A DNA stretch of 64,000 nucleotides from Cystobasidiomycetes sp. EMM_F5 (lineage: Eukaryota). Under the pieces are notes generated by a model that ran no database searches, was not told the origin of the DNA, and worked only from the letters and a program-made list of their open reading frames with translations. Of this stretch, positions 49,994-63,762 are shown in pieces. Position numbers and translations under genes: made by a program. The stretch lies in contig JBPGPT010000001.1 in the NCBI GenBank assembly GCA_051047955.1, positions 310,001 through 374,000 on the forward strand, read 5' to 3'. Every line of letters begins with the position of its first letter. Within the stretch, counting starts at the first letter, position 1.

Positions 49994-50996
49994 TCAACAT
50001 GGTGGATGTGCTGGAATATTGGCTTCAGATGGCTCTTTATGCGGCCTTCTTTGGGCCCCACCCCCCTTGCCGGGCTTTGTAACGCGACTTGGGAAAGGCG
50101 TATTAGGCCGGCTGGAGGAATGTCCCTGAGTCGATCCACCTGGCTGCAATGCCAAAGCTGGAGCAGCAGCAGCAGCAGCCGGAGCTGCAGCCAACAGTCG
50201 CATGCCCGACTGCGACGTGGCAGCAAGCAATTCCTCGATCGTCATTGCATTGACATGCTTAGCAGTAGTTGCTTTCTGTCGCTCGCGGCGGGCTCTTGCG
50301 TCTTTCTTCTGGCGAAAGAGTGCGTGGACGTTGTCTGCTGCCGGACTGAACGGAATACCGGAGCCTGGCGACCGGAGGTGTGACGGCCATATATAATCCC
50401 TGCGTGTTGAAATGATCGGTGTATGGTCATCCTTTACTACTTGACTAAACATGCGCTCCGATATGGATGGAAGGACAGCATGACCGGCAAGCTCAGCTTC
50501 CTGTGTTCGGGGAAGGCCGGTCGTGTTCTGACGGTAAGGGGAGAAGACAAATCCACTCAGACCGGCTTTGCGATGGGCTTCACGCTAATGAAATGTCAAT
50601 AAAGAAAAGATGGAAAGATGTTACCCGCATGTGTGGAATGCCACGAGTCTTTCGCTGAACCTACTGCATTCGCACCCAAAACAATAGCTCTTTCTGTTGA
50701 AAGTACTTCCTGCTTCTTTAGTGTCTGCCGACCGGGTTTTGGTAATGGCACTGTCTGAGCGGGAGATAAGAACGGATGGTTGGGTGTGATTGAGGGTGGG
50801 ACGGAGTTGCGTCCATTCGCCTGCCGATACGCTGTCAACGCGGCTTGACCCTGTCGATGTCGATCAGCATTGGCCAGTTACGAATACCGAGCCATGTATA
50901 TACCGTCTGCTCGTCCAGTCGACCATAGAAGTCAGTAGGATCTGCATCGGCTTGTGTGCGCTGTGGCCGAGCCTGTTTGTTTGATGAATGAGCCAT
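49994..50996 (-). CDS. Orphan paralog B with 3 exons (50996-50904, 50850-50665, 50584-49994), about 289 aa, basic, unknown function
   Basis: Canonical introns give an uninterrupted ORF that is homologous to the adjacent paralog A. Confidence 0.8.
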
Positions 50997-51530
50997 ACGA
51001 TTGGAAGATGCGAGTGTACGGTGCTGATCTATTGTGGGATGCTTCAGTCAATCTGCCAACTCGGTGGGCAGTATCTCGGGCCTTTCTGTCCTTGAGTCGC
51101 GTGGGTGCGGTGTCATGCGGCATCACCATTACAACGCTTTCCCACGGCCGTGATTTCAACGCAAGCAACCTCGCGTAATGCTTTGCGGTCGAAGTATCAG
51201 TGTAAAGCTCGTCTCCGCATCATCTCATTTACAACGCATCGAATGGCCCGCGAAGCATCGCTACATCGGGCGACGGTCTCGGTGACCGTGACGGACGGGG
51301 TGATCGGAGCAGTCCCGGTGGCCGAGCAAAGGGGATGGAGCGGTAGATGTACTGGTGGCCGGTCTGTGCCATTGAACCTCGCTGCATTTGAGGGAAAAAT
51401 TCAGACGGGCGCGACGTGGACGATCTGATCGGACCCAAAACGACGGTCGTTCCAGTCGGTCGCTGTACTCTATCACAGGTGCTGACAAGTTGTTTTAGTG
51501 ACATTTACAGGATGCGCAGCGAACTCTCCA

Positions 51531-54500
51531 TCAGCCTTTGGCTTTAGGCACGGTCGTGTCGTAACTTCGTATGATCCGTTCTTGACTTTCTTCTGTCTGG
51601 GAGAATGCAAAGCCTCTGTTTCGCCGCGTTCTTTGCAGTGCTCGGATCTTCTTGATTGCCTGAGAGAATTGGGTCTTCCGCGGACGATAATCCGGCAGAT
51701 TGAGCCTGTTCGGATGCGACATAAGCTGATAGCTTGTACGATTTCTGAATATACCTACTTCTGAATTTCTTGTATGATATGGTAGGGTTCAGGTCGAGCG
51801 AAATGTTTATAGCTCTTCCATGCAAAATCTCGTGACAAGCAGAGAACGGGCATGAGAATTATTGTGAAATAGAATATGCCGTTGCTCCATAGACGCGGAA
51901 CAATAAGCTGGTATTCAGTAGAGACTGTAATGCTATGAAGTCAGTTGTGGTCCCAGGGCTCCGTCAAATGCATAACCTACCTCCGACTTTCGGCGCAATC
52001 CATTGATAAAGCGGCAGCGAGACGAATGCAAACGCCAGAGAACCTGGTATAGCAGCAACGGTGTACTTTGTCCACAGACTGCGACAAATCTCAGTCGAGT
52101 CACCGTTTCGCTGCATGTTGGCTTACTCTGAGATCATGGCGGCCTTTGCTAAAACCATGACAAGCGTAGCCATGTACACTGTGGTGCCCCAAATCCATTG
52201 ACCAGCTAACCAACCTTGCGGTAAGATCAGCTCGTCGTAGAAGATTGCTACTCCGCATAGGTAGATAATCTGGAATATAAGGTGTTAGAGTGTGCTTTGA
52301 ATAGCGCATGAGGCCGACAGCCATACGACGCAGTGGAAGAGAGCATTCCCGATCCAAGTCCAGAAGATGCGGACATTGAACTGTGCGAGAGAAAACTTAG
52401 TGGTGAATGTAAGCTTCTCGTCTTCAATTCTGATGACTCACGAATGCGTTCATTTGACCGTACTGGTACTGCTCTGGGTATCGATCGAGCATGCGCGCGG
52501 AAACAAACTACGGTTGACGTTAGCTCCAATCTGCGTGCGCAGGCAAGCAGGAGATGGTCACCTGATCGAAGACACCCATCACGACTGGCGGTAGTACGGT
52601 AAAGATAACCTGGATCCACGGCGATTTTAATTATTACTTGTATAGAGAGTGACATTTGCTGCCTACATTGTAGAAGGTAAGGGTCCAAGACTCGAACAGG
52701 ACTTGTCCAGAGAATGCGTTAGAAAAGGCGAACTGCGCGCACGGTTAGAGTGGATGTAACGTCTTTCTAAGGCGCAAGCCTACCCAGAAGCTAGGACAGC
52801 AAGTCAGTCGACCTTTCACTGCTTACACAATACCTAACCTACTTGAGCATGTAGAGCACAATGTTCTTGTAGAATCTTGGTACACACAGTCAGAGAATCT
52901 GTATGCTGAATGACGAACCACACTTACGAGTATAGAATCAACTTGCTGAGGCGTTGATAGCTCCAAGTACCATGGACGAGTAGAAGCTTCGTCAAATAAC
53001 GGAATTGACTAATTGCAACATCGGCAGATCTTGCAGCTTGCAAACCTTCAACACCGGAAATCCCGATGCCGACATGTGCAGCTTGAATCATCGACACATC
53101 ATTGGCGCCGTCACCGATTGCCAGCAGTATACTTTTGGAATTCTTCTTGACTAGCTTTACTACGAGAGCTTTTTGAAGAGGTGAGACGCGACCTACGAAA
53201 GGTGATCAGGCAGGCTTCCTCCGCATGATCGCGCCAAAACTTCTTACAGCATATCACAGCTTTACACATGATTGCAAGTTCGAGAAAATATGGCGATATG
53301 TCCTTCTCCAGCGCATATGTCAGACTTTTACCATCTATGAACGAAAGTTAGCGCAATGCTACGAGAAGACACACTCGATCCTTACCGATAATTAGGGCTA
53401 ACTCTTCCAAATCGCCAGTGTCCTGCTGCGCTTTGATGGCTTGCAATTTCTGAGTAATGTACTTCTTGGTATCTTGAGCATTCTCTTCGTTGACGATGAC
53501 CTGAGGTAAATCTCAGTCACCGTTGACCAAACATTCGTACTCTGACATACCAGACTCATAGCTTCGGAAATCAGGCGACAAGACAAGCCAATGTTGATCG
53601 CCGTTTCCTGCTTGTCACCTGTGAGAACCCAGACTTTGATCCCAGCCTGTTGCAAAGTAGCAATGGCTTCCGGGACACCGTCTTGCAGCTTGTCCTCAAT
53701 CGCAGTGGCACCAAGAAGCATCATATTACGCTCGATGAGCTCAGCAGCCTTGTCAATCTCCTCAGACCGCCCATTGATGGTTGCCGCAGCCTTGTTGTAG
53801 ATGGCTGCCCACTTTGCGTACTCTTCGCTAGGGATTTCGCGCATGGCTATGCATAGCGTGCGTAGACCTTCAGTAGCATATTCCTGCGGTCCTTGATCTT
53901 AGTCTGGCGTGCATTAGTCCATGAAGGAAAAAGGCGCTTACTTCCAAATGCGCCAGCGTGACGTCCGTGAAGGCGTTATTTTCAGCTAGACGTTCGAGTA
54001 TGACTGTGTCCGCTCCCTTGCAGTAAAGCTTGATTTTGCCATCCGGACCTCTGACAATGGTGCTCATTCGCTTTCTAGTCGAGTTGAATTCGATAACATT
54101 GAGAATTTCGTATTCTGTTGGCTTTTCGTCGATCAACACTGTGACAGTTGTAGGTTTCCGGGTCTGCCAGCCGAATGCTAGTGATGAGCACAGTGGCCCA
54201 ATAAGTAGCGATACTACTCACAGTAAAGCGGTATCCAAGCATTTCTGCACCTTGTACCAAAGCCGCCTCGTCTGGACTCGACGCCTGATACACTGTCTTT
54301 TTGTCCTTGATTTCCGGAATGACGGTATGGCACGTCGAAAGCAGAGTCAGAAATTCGCGAATGATTGGCCCGTGTTGAGCATTCGCCGTGCTAATACGAA
54401 GATCAGTAAATTCCAGAACCTCGTCTTTTCTACTCTCATCGACATGCTCTGCATAGCGGATGCCTCCAATGGTGCACTCCCGGAATATCATGACATTCTG

Positions 54501-56665
54501 CGTGAGTGTGCCTGTCTTATCGCTGAATATGTATTCAATCTGCCCGAGCTCTTCGACTAAGCTGGACGTCCTGCATAGTGCCGGCGTATCCGTGGGAGCA
54601 TAGTACATGTCGAGATCGGAATTGATGAGAATGGCTTGTTGGAATTTGACAACTTCCATTGTGACAATCAAACTGCGCAGAGGAACTCAGCGTCTTCGTC
54701 TGCTTACAAACTGGATCTCGCGAACCTGATCGGGATCAAGTTGTTGTACAAGATGATGAAGGTCAAGATATCCTCTACGAAGGCCTTGACGCGGTTGTCA
54801 GTGTCGTCTAGAACGACATACCATAATTGCCATCCGTAAATATACTGCGGAAAAGCGACCTCAGCATTTCATCAGCTACGTCGTGGTATTCAAGCCTACC
54901 GTCCGAACAAAATTGCCAATAGATGACCCGACTGATAGGCCCAGCAAGATGAAGAATAGGAAAATGATCTGTATGTTTACCATCTTTTCGACTGCTGTTC
55001 GCTTTATAGGCGCGGCGCTGCTCAATGTTCATCAGGGTCTCCACATAAAGCATCGTATTCGAAGAGGTTGACTTACGTCGCATTCCGCATGAGCTTCGTC
55101 TCGTGTCCCGTAAAGACGATCAAGCCGTACATCCAGGCGGTATTCCGCAATTGCGCTCCTCGTAGCAATAACTGGTCCGGACTGAGCGGAATCTCCTTGT
55201 TGCCCATCTGCAGCGTTCCTTCGTACGTATATAGGGAGTTATTGGGCTGTTCTGACCGGAGATACCCAGTAAAGGACGATACAGTTTCTGGGCTGGTAAA
55301 ATGTGATGTCGCCGGGTTTGCTTGCTTGATCTTGAGATTCGTCTCTCCATCGAGATTTGACGTTTCGATATAACAAAGACCTTCCGGCTCGGACGAGGCG
55401 ACGATGACCAAATCTGCTGGGAAAAAGTCGTTTCCCTGCAGACGCACGATATCTCCCACGCGTACATTCCGCCACGCTTTATCGACAAAATGCTGGCCCT
55501 GCAGGACTTTAGTTTTCCGTGCATTCAGCTCGCTATCTGACTGATGTCGCTTGAAGTCTTCTTGCACTTCCTTCAGCGCAGCGACAAGTAGGACGAGTGA
55601 GAGTGGAAATAGTGTCGTATATCGATTCGTAGGCGAGACTCCGGGTATCTGCATGATGGCTGCAGTGAACAGAAAGAACAAGTTGGCGTATCTTGAGAAT
55701 TGTTCGAATAGGAATTTAGGCAGGAAGGTAATGAGATTGTATTTCGCCGTCGAGACGTAATTGTTGCAGAATTTGAACTGCGCATTCATTGTATGGTCAT
55801 TGATGTATATCGTTCTCTCGCCAGCCAGGTCTTTCGGCGCTCCGACGCCCGCAAGGCCTAGCACTTTTTGCCATACGTCCGATATCCGAGATTTCATGGA
55901 ACTTCTCGCTCGCGACACTCCTCGCATCCGTTGCTGTCTCTCCCTAATCTGCTCTTCGTCATCTTCGTCCAGGAAACCCTGCGTTCCCGTCAATGACTTG
56001 TTTGTCTGTCGTTTGCTTGAGCCATTGGTAGTCGGGCTTGTGTCGTTATAGGACAAGACAGGCATGACTGTGTTGCCAGGATAACCTGACGCGCCTTTCT
56101 TTGGCGTTTCAAAATAGTCCTCCTCGTCGCTGTATTCCGCAGCCCAATTGAGCGTACTTTGTCAGTATGTGCATTCCCATCGTGCGTATTGTAATATTCA
56201 GTACACTCACTCGGCATACACGTCGTAACGATTAAAGGTACCGCCTGCTGAACCATCATGCACGTCGCCCGCCGTTCCCTGGTCATATGCGGCTTTCCCT
56301 CCGGTATAATCCAAGAACATTGGAGAATCATCGTACGCCGTGTTATCGTCGTTGTGGTGCGCTGCGAGCAGATTACCTGCCGTACCTCCATTTCGAGGCC
56401 TACTCGTATCGTTCGCCGAGGATGATGAAGTACCGCCTACATCCTCAAACGGATCAGTGTACAAGTGAGGCTGCCGTGATGGTTTATTGCTGTTGTTGTT
56501 GTTACTGCCGCTGCTGCCAGCCTGCCCGAGGCCAGCAGAGTTCCAGCTCGAATGCCCGCTTCGAGCAGCTGCAGCTGTACGCGACCCCGACGCAGCAGTG
56601 TTATGCCGTGTCGACGGCGGAAACTCATCGCCAGAGTCGTCGCTGTCGCCCACAGCGAAGCTCAT
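51531..56665 (-). CDS. DRS2: P4-ATPase aminophospholipid flippase Drs2, multi-exon
   Basis: Contains '[22 protein letters not shown]', 'LDGETNLK', 'FSDKTGTLT', 'ASSPDE', 'LTGDKQET', 'AIGDGANDV' and the autoinhibitory tail 'RGFAFSQ'. Confidence 0.96.
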
Positions 56666-57042
56666 AGTAATCTAGCACGCAGGCCGGCCAGTCCGCAGGT
56701 ATGTTCAGTGTATTCAAAGTTGACAAGTATTCACGCCGTGGTGGTGGCGTTTGGAACAGAAATGGCCAAGAAATCCAAACACATTACGACTTGCATCCAC
56801 TATTACTGCTTCATTTGATTACAAGAACAATGGATACATGTTTGTCTTTTTCTAGTTATCCCTTTACAATGAGTGGTGATGTGTCATGCTTTATTACAAC
56901 CTGCAGTACGGAGCTAAGACGAGCAAACTGCAGAAGTCAGAAGGAGCGTGTACTGTATGACTTCAGCACAGGAGTGAGGCTGTTGCCTATTCAAGCGTGG
57001 AAGGACTGTATAAGGTCATCAAGTAGAAGAGGAAGATACAGT

Positions 57043-58003
57043 TCAACTCTTCTGGACATTCGGCGCAGGCGGCGGTTCAATCTGCCAGCAGAATTCATTA
57101 GCAACTAAGACGAGTACAATCGGATGCAGAATTACCATCATTGGTTGTGGGCCTGTCATTGAAGCACATGTCATTAGCCTCTTTGGACGCTGACCGAGAC
57201 TAACAGCAAATACGTACGATTCGTTTCGGCAAACAATCTTTGCATGAGCACCCCTACACCTTCAATGACGCCCAGTAACACTCCGCAAGCAATGCCGGAG
57301 GAGACTATCATTTTAGGTCCGCCTGAAATTTATCGGAAAGTCATCAGATCCTGGCAGCAGCAACAGAACGTAACGTCGCCATACCTCTCGCCGCGAGACA
57401 CCCTCCTGTCAAGAATCCAGACGTGATGGCATTCCATGGGTCCTCCTTTTGCCTGTAACCTTTGACTGCACAATCAAATGTCCTATGCTCAAGAGGGTCA
57501 GCATGGGAACGAGCAGTATCAGTGTATGAGACCCACGAGAACATTCCTCCCCACACCCCAAACTAGCATACACACAAATTCCACAATGTCAGCAGGAACA
57601 TGGCTGTTGGCACTTTATTCCATCACTCACGTTTCCACCCAGTACGGGCGCTCTCGCCTTGACTGCCGATATCGCGCCGATCCATCTATCTCCCTGTGGT
57701 GTGCGTAGTTGCATAATGCCATTTGGTCAGTCTACGACTTTTGCATCGACCCGGGGGTCATAGCTAGATATTTCCGTGCATGATGCAACCCACCCTCGGA
57801 CTGTTCCTCGCGCCCTTTATGCTATGCCACACCGTCCCACCGACTGCGCCCATTGCAAATGCGCCTGTCACAACCATCCATCAGCAGTCAGTGCGTGCCA
57901 TTCGATCCGACTTTTATACTACCAAAAAAGCTGTCGGCTCACCTCCAAAGTCCTGGAGAATGACCCATGGACACGGATCTCGAGACTGGTCGTGCCGCGA
58001 CAT
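57043..58003 (-). CDS. TIM17: Mitochondrial inner-membrane translocase subunit Tim17
   Basis: Contains '[26 protein letters not shown]', '[36 protein letters not shown]' and 'GVIEGVG'. Confidence 0.95.
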
Positions 58004-58586
58004 GCTTTAATGAGGGTGCTCCTGGTAGTTGGCGGATGGGCTGGAGGCAGACGAGGCGCTGATGTCGCAAGTCCGCACGGACGCTCGTGATCGTAGCAGT
58101 CTGCAACCCGGATGGCCTGTGCGAGAGCAAGTCGCGCTAAATGCAACGCTGGCTCAGCCTAATGAAGCACTATTAATTGCTACCGTGCGGGTTCAAGGGA
58201 TCCGCATCTTGCCGATGGAGCATGTGTACGGCGTTACATAGTAATTCTTGGGAATTATAACAGACACCTCTACAGCCTTGCAGCCATGTCTCTGCATGGT
58301 CGTTTATGTACTTGTACATGCTGCATTGCTCAGCGTCAAGCAATGCTACTCACTGTTTCGGAGTCTTGGTCTTTACCACAATACGTTGCCCTGCTTCCAC
58401 GCTCAATTGCCAGCTTGCCTCTGCCTTTCGCCAGCTTTGGATTTCAGCCGCGTTCATTTGCGTGGCAGAATCCCCCGACAGGCTCATACTGCAACTCGGC
58501 ATACAGTCACTCCCCGTCACGGTCACACTCGCGGACTCTGTTGGATATTCCGACCGCAAAGCCCCAGCCATCTGCCATCTATCGAC

Positions 58587-61500
58587 ATGAGCGACGACTT
58601 TCCATCTCTGAACGGTCAAGGCACTTCTGCCGGCCCATCTGGCAGTCACTACGACGCAGCTGGTAACTCGAGCTCAAATGCAGGCCCAGCCTTGTCGGCC
58701 GCACAAGCTCTCGAGCAGGCACACCATGGCAACGCAAACGACGGCAACACCACCGCTGGTCAATCCTCAAAAGCTTCTGGTAGTCGCAAAGGAGCAACGC
58801 CAGCAGACATTGACCTCAACTCCGAGTCTGCCTTTCCTTCGCTCGGTGGTGCAAGTCGCGCAGCCGCTCAGACTGGCGGATGGGCAGCAAAATCGAGGGC
58901 AAATGCACACTCTTCCAGTGTGTCTTCTGCAGTCGCCTCGCAGGCTGCCCTGTTGACCGAATCGGTGACGCTCCCAACCTCGAGCATCAATATCGGTCCT
59001 CCAGTCCCATCTTCGTCTTACCAAGGGCGGTCGAATAACAACAACGAAGCGTCTTCCCTCGGCGCAGTGCTCCAGATGCTGCGCGCAAAGTATCCGCAGG
59101 TCAAGCTAGAGGCTTCCACATCGACTGCAAAGGGAACTACCACTTTTCTCTTCAAAGCAAGCCGTCAACAAGATATCGAACGCGTAAAGCAGGAACTACG
59201 TACAAAGGTTGTCCGCAAGGTGGGCCAATGAAGAACGCTACGACAAGTCACGCCCTGCTAATCTCGTTCCTCGCCAGATTAACGACACAATCCAGGTACC
59301 AGCTAGCACAAAGGCATTCATTATAGGTGCAAAGGGTGAGCAATGCGCATGGCCGCGTTCTTCCTTCTCTTTCAAATGTCTAATGCGTTCCCAGGCCGCA
59401 TCCTGAAACAGATAACCGATGAGACGGGTGTAAACATCCAAATTCCTCGAGACCAAGCAGCGACAGCCGAAGTATCCAACGAGCCAGAGTATGAGAATGA
59501 CCAAGTGGAAGACCCACTCATCACCATAACACTCTTCGGTGATGCTTCGTCCATCAGCCAGGCCAAGCAACGTATCCTCGCGATTGTCAATGAGCGTACC
59601 TCGCGGCTATCGACCAAGATCACGACAGTATCGCATGACATCTATCATCTGCTCCACGGCCGGATGCAAAGAAATGAACTGGTCGCAGCTGAGGATGCAG
59701 AACACGTTCAGGTCAATATCCCACCTGTATGGCGAGTCAGATCAGGTCCATCCAGAGGAGCCTCTGCCAATGAAGCGGGAGAAGAGAATGCCGAGGCTGC
59801 GGGAGCAGATGCTCAGAAGGATCACGCAATCAGCGTCTCGGGCGAACGCGAGGCTGTCAATCGGACCGTTGAGGCCATCAACGCCGCTGCGGAAGACTTG
59901 ACACGAACGTCGCAATCAATTTCACTGAGCCTGTCCAAACGTCAACATCGCTTCGTATCGTTTGCAGTCATCGATCAGATCTTACTCGATACTTCCTGCA
60001 GTGTCGAAGTCCCACCTAGCCGAGAGCCTTCGGAACAGATCACTATTCGGGGTCCTTCCCAGCACTTGGTCAACGCGCTACAGATGGTCATGGAACGCGC
60101 CAACTCTGCTGCCGTTGACACTGTTGATCTCGCTACTATACACGGTATCTCGACTCCGCCGACCTACCCTCGCGCCGCTGCTCGCTACCTGATCAACAAG
60201 GCCAAGTTGCGAAAAATAGCAGACGAGGAAGGCGTGCAAATCTATATCCCTAGACAATCGGACACGCACGCCACGATCGATATTGTAGCTACGCAAGGTC
60301 CACGAGGTCCAGCAGCTGCGGTTGCCGATGCAAGAGCCAAAGTCCTCGATGCCCTGCGAAGTCTTCCACCGTCAGTCTTCAGTTCAGTAGAGGTAGATCA
60401 GCTCCTGCATCGCTTCCTTATCGGAAAGAAGGGCGCACGCATCTCGGCTCTCGAGGAGAAGAACAATGTTCATGCCGTCTTTCCGCAACAGCAGGGCTCG
60501 GGAACAGATGGAGACGAGCGCACCATCACGCTGATCTATGTTGGCTCGGCGCCATCCAATGCCTACGCTTCCTTAGCTGCAGTAAAGGAGGAAATACTAA
60601 AGCTCGCAAAGGACGCCGCAGACATTTCTACCCAGACATTGCAAATTCCAGCCAAATTACATCGATATATCATTGGACCTTCTGGCACAACACTCAACGC
60701 CCTCATCGGTACTAGTGATGATCGGATAGTCAATGTCCGTTTCGGATCGTCTGCTAATGGCAAGCAGGCAAATGGCGATCCCAGCATCAGCGAAGACGAG
60801 GTAGTCATACGCGGTCCCTCCGACGAAGTAAAGCGTATCGCTAAAGAGATTCAGCGCGTTGCTGAAGAAGGCAAGAATGAGGATATAGTCAACGGTCACG
60901 TACGTCCTTTGATGCTGTTTTTCCGCTCGCAAGAGTGCTCATATCGTATCCAGGTCGCCGAATTTGATATCGAGCAGCGATACGTTGCTCACATCGTTGG
61001 TAAGGGTGGTGCAGGTGTACAGAAACTACGGGAGGAGCTAGGTGTCCGCATCGATTTTGGCGATAACAGCGCAGCGCCTGTAACGCCAGTCGAAGGGACG
61101 GTGTTGAAAGGCAAGAAGTCAGCCAAAGCCAGTACTTCACAAAAGAGTCAAGTCAAGATTCAAGGACGCAAAGAAAATGTCGAAGAAGCGAAGCGACGTG
61201 TGTTGAAGCAGATGGAGCAGCTTGTATGTTGTTTGATGTTATGTGGGCATCTGATGTGGTCTAACGTTGCACCCTTAGGCGGACGAGGTCACTTTAAATG
61301 TGCCCGTCTTACCGGGACTCGATCGCGGCTCGCTCATCGGTAAACAAGGCATATACGTGCAACGATTGGAAAGCAAATACGAAGTCAGAGTGAATTTCCC
61401 GCGGTCCAACGCTGCCGAAGACGGCGAGCGTGATGATATTATCGTTATTCGTGGTCCAAAAAAAGGTGCAGAGAGTGCGAAGAAGGAGGTGCGCTGAATC

Positions 61501-63217
61501 TATTTCGGTGAATTAAGAGTGCATCACTAATGTTTGCTGCAGCTCGTCGACCTAATGGAGTATGAAAAGGAGCACAATCAATCTGTGACAATGAAAATAC
61601 CGGTCAAAGCTCTTCCACGCGTCTTTGGACGAGGCGGTGCAGCTATTCGGGAGCTGCAAGATCAAACAGGCGCGTCGATCGATGTCAACAGAGTGAAAGC
61701 CGATGATCCGTCGAGTCCTGGAGAAGCCGTCATTAAAGGCACCAAGCAAGCCATTGCTGCCGCCAAGTCTGCAATCCAAGCCATCGTGTCAGAGATTCAG
61801 GACGAGGTGACTCATGAAATCGAGATTGAGCGCTCATTACACACCGGCATCATTGGCAAAGGCGGTCAGAACAGTAAGTCACGCTGCAATGCTGGATGAA
61901 GTGGTTGTTGACAGTATCTGCAGTTCGCGATTTGATTGCTCGTTGTGGTGGCCCTACCGACCAAAAGGCTGCTGGCAATGTAGTGCGCTTCCCGCGTGCT
62001 GGTGAAGACGCCGAGACTGTAATCGTCCGCGCGGCCAGCTCAATAGCCGATAAAATAAAGAAGGAGCTGGAGAAGATCGTTGCTGAGCACCGCGACCGTG
62101 TTGTCATTGGACTGGTGTCGCCCGCTAACAGTGAGTGACGATGCTTATTGGAAGCGAAGACGCTTCTGCTGACGTCAACAACCTTCAACAGCGCATGCCC
62201 GTATAATCGGGCGTGGTGGAAGCGGAATCAATGAACTGCAGAGCAAACATAACATAAAAGTCATAATGCCGGGCAGAAACGAGTATAACCAGGTCGGCCC
62301 CGTCAGTAATGCCCATGAGGTAGGCGACGCGTCCGAGTCAGACATAATTAAGCTGGTCGGATCCAGTTCCGCTTGCGAGGCAGCTGCTAGCGAGATCAAG
62401 GTGCGTATGGCGGCGGACGACGAGATGATTCAAGCTGATGTATCGGGCTACATGACCAACAGGAGAGGGTAGCAACAGCACCAGCAGCTATTCGTGCGCC
62501 CAGAGAACAGCGGCAAGTAGCCTCCTCAGACGCCATTACCGCTACCGTGAATGTTCCCGCTCGGTACCACGCTCGGGTGACGCAAGGCGGCAAATTCTTC
62601 CGGACTCTGCCAGGCGGCGTCAAGGTGGACCATGGCGATGTCAAACCGCAACCTGCACGCGCGGCGATCAACGGAGCCGGCAAAGCTGCTAGGATAGATG
62701 AGGACGAATCCGATCAGTCTGGCGAATTCTCCTGGGAAATCACGGAATTGTCACAAGGCGGTGATGACGATATTGTGCAATGGAGTATTCGCGGCAATGA
62801 TCAGGAGAAAGTTGACAGGGTCGAAAAGATGATTCAAACGGCGCTGGAACGGTGCAAGCAAGAAACGCATCAAGGTGTCCTGACAGTGCCTCAAGGCCTG
62901 ATTCCGAGAAGTGAGCTTAATCGCACTGTTCGTGACCCACAGGAGTTGGGATGCTAATATACAATCCGACTGTGACAGTTGTTGGGCGGCAAGGGTCAGG
63001 TCTCGACAAACTGCGGGCGCTTGGCGTTTCGGTCGAAGTCGAAGGCCGTTCAGGAGCCAATACGGGTGAGCCGCTCGTGACAAATGTAGATGCAATGTAC
63101 TGACGTAGAGCATTGCGGACAGTCATATTCCAAGGCAATCCAAACGATCTTGAGAAGGCCCGGGAAGCCGTAGTCGAATTGCGCGAACAGCAGCGAAACG
63201 GTAATGACCGGCGGTAA
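58587..63217 (+). CDS. SCP160: Vigilin / Scp160 multi-KH-domain RNA-binding protein
   Basis: N-terminal 'SESAFPSLG' followed by repeated KH GxxG loops: IIGAKG, LIGKKG, IIGPSG, IVGKGG, LIGKQG, VFGRGG, IIGKGG and IIGRGG. Confidence 0.93.
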
Positions 63218-63762
63218 GGCAGTGTCACGCACAGCAGAGTAGCGCAGGAATGCTCGTCAGTGTGTCCAATCAAGCAGGGTAATGAAAATGTTATATTGAT
63301 CGCTTCAGGCCATCGAGCACCACCACCTAAGCATATGGCTGGCTAATCGGATGGCTCAACCTGCTAACGCAAACTTGAGGGGCATGCACGATCAACTTCC
63401 ATGGATCATGAAACTCGCTTGTTCGAAGATTCAAGTCAATCACGAGAGCAGCCATCTTAGAAAAGCAAAGTTTTCGAATGTGCTAAACGTCTATGGCTAA
63501 TATGTCACGGTCTATGTATCTAGGTTAAGTATTGCATCCGGCGTTTAAATCCATCCGGAATGGCTGCCACAGCTTGAGGTGGTTGTCCTGCAAGGTTGTG
63601 CCAGCGAGCGCGAAGCTCGCCAACGAAGCCTTTCTAAGGCAACACAGAAAAACAATTGGATGATGTACAATTTAGTTGATTTGGAAAAGAATGCCGCCAA
63701 TTGCAAAGTACGTGGTTAAGTAGTGTCCCATTGACTTGGCGTGGCGACGAGTTTTGATGACC

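Noticed and set aside
51544..52688. Apparent separate ORFs and a possible third orphan paralog
   Set aside because: These are explained as out-of-frame pieces of the DRS2 3' exons, which run to the GFAFS tail ending at 51531.
58248..58586. N-terminal extension of the vigilin ORF
   Set aside because: It starts at TTG and does not look protein-like. ATG 58587 (MSDDFPSL) is the better start.
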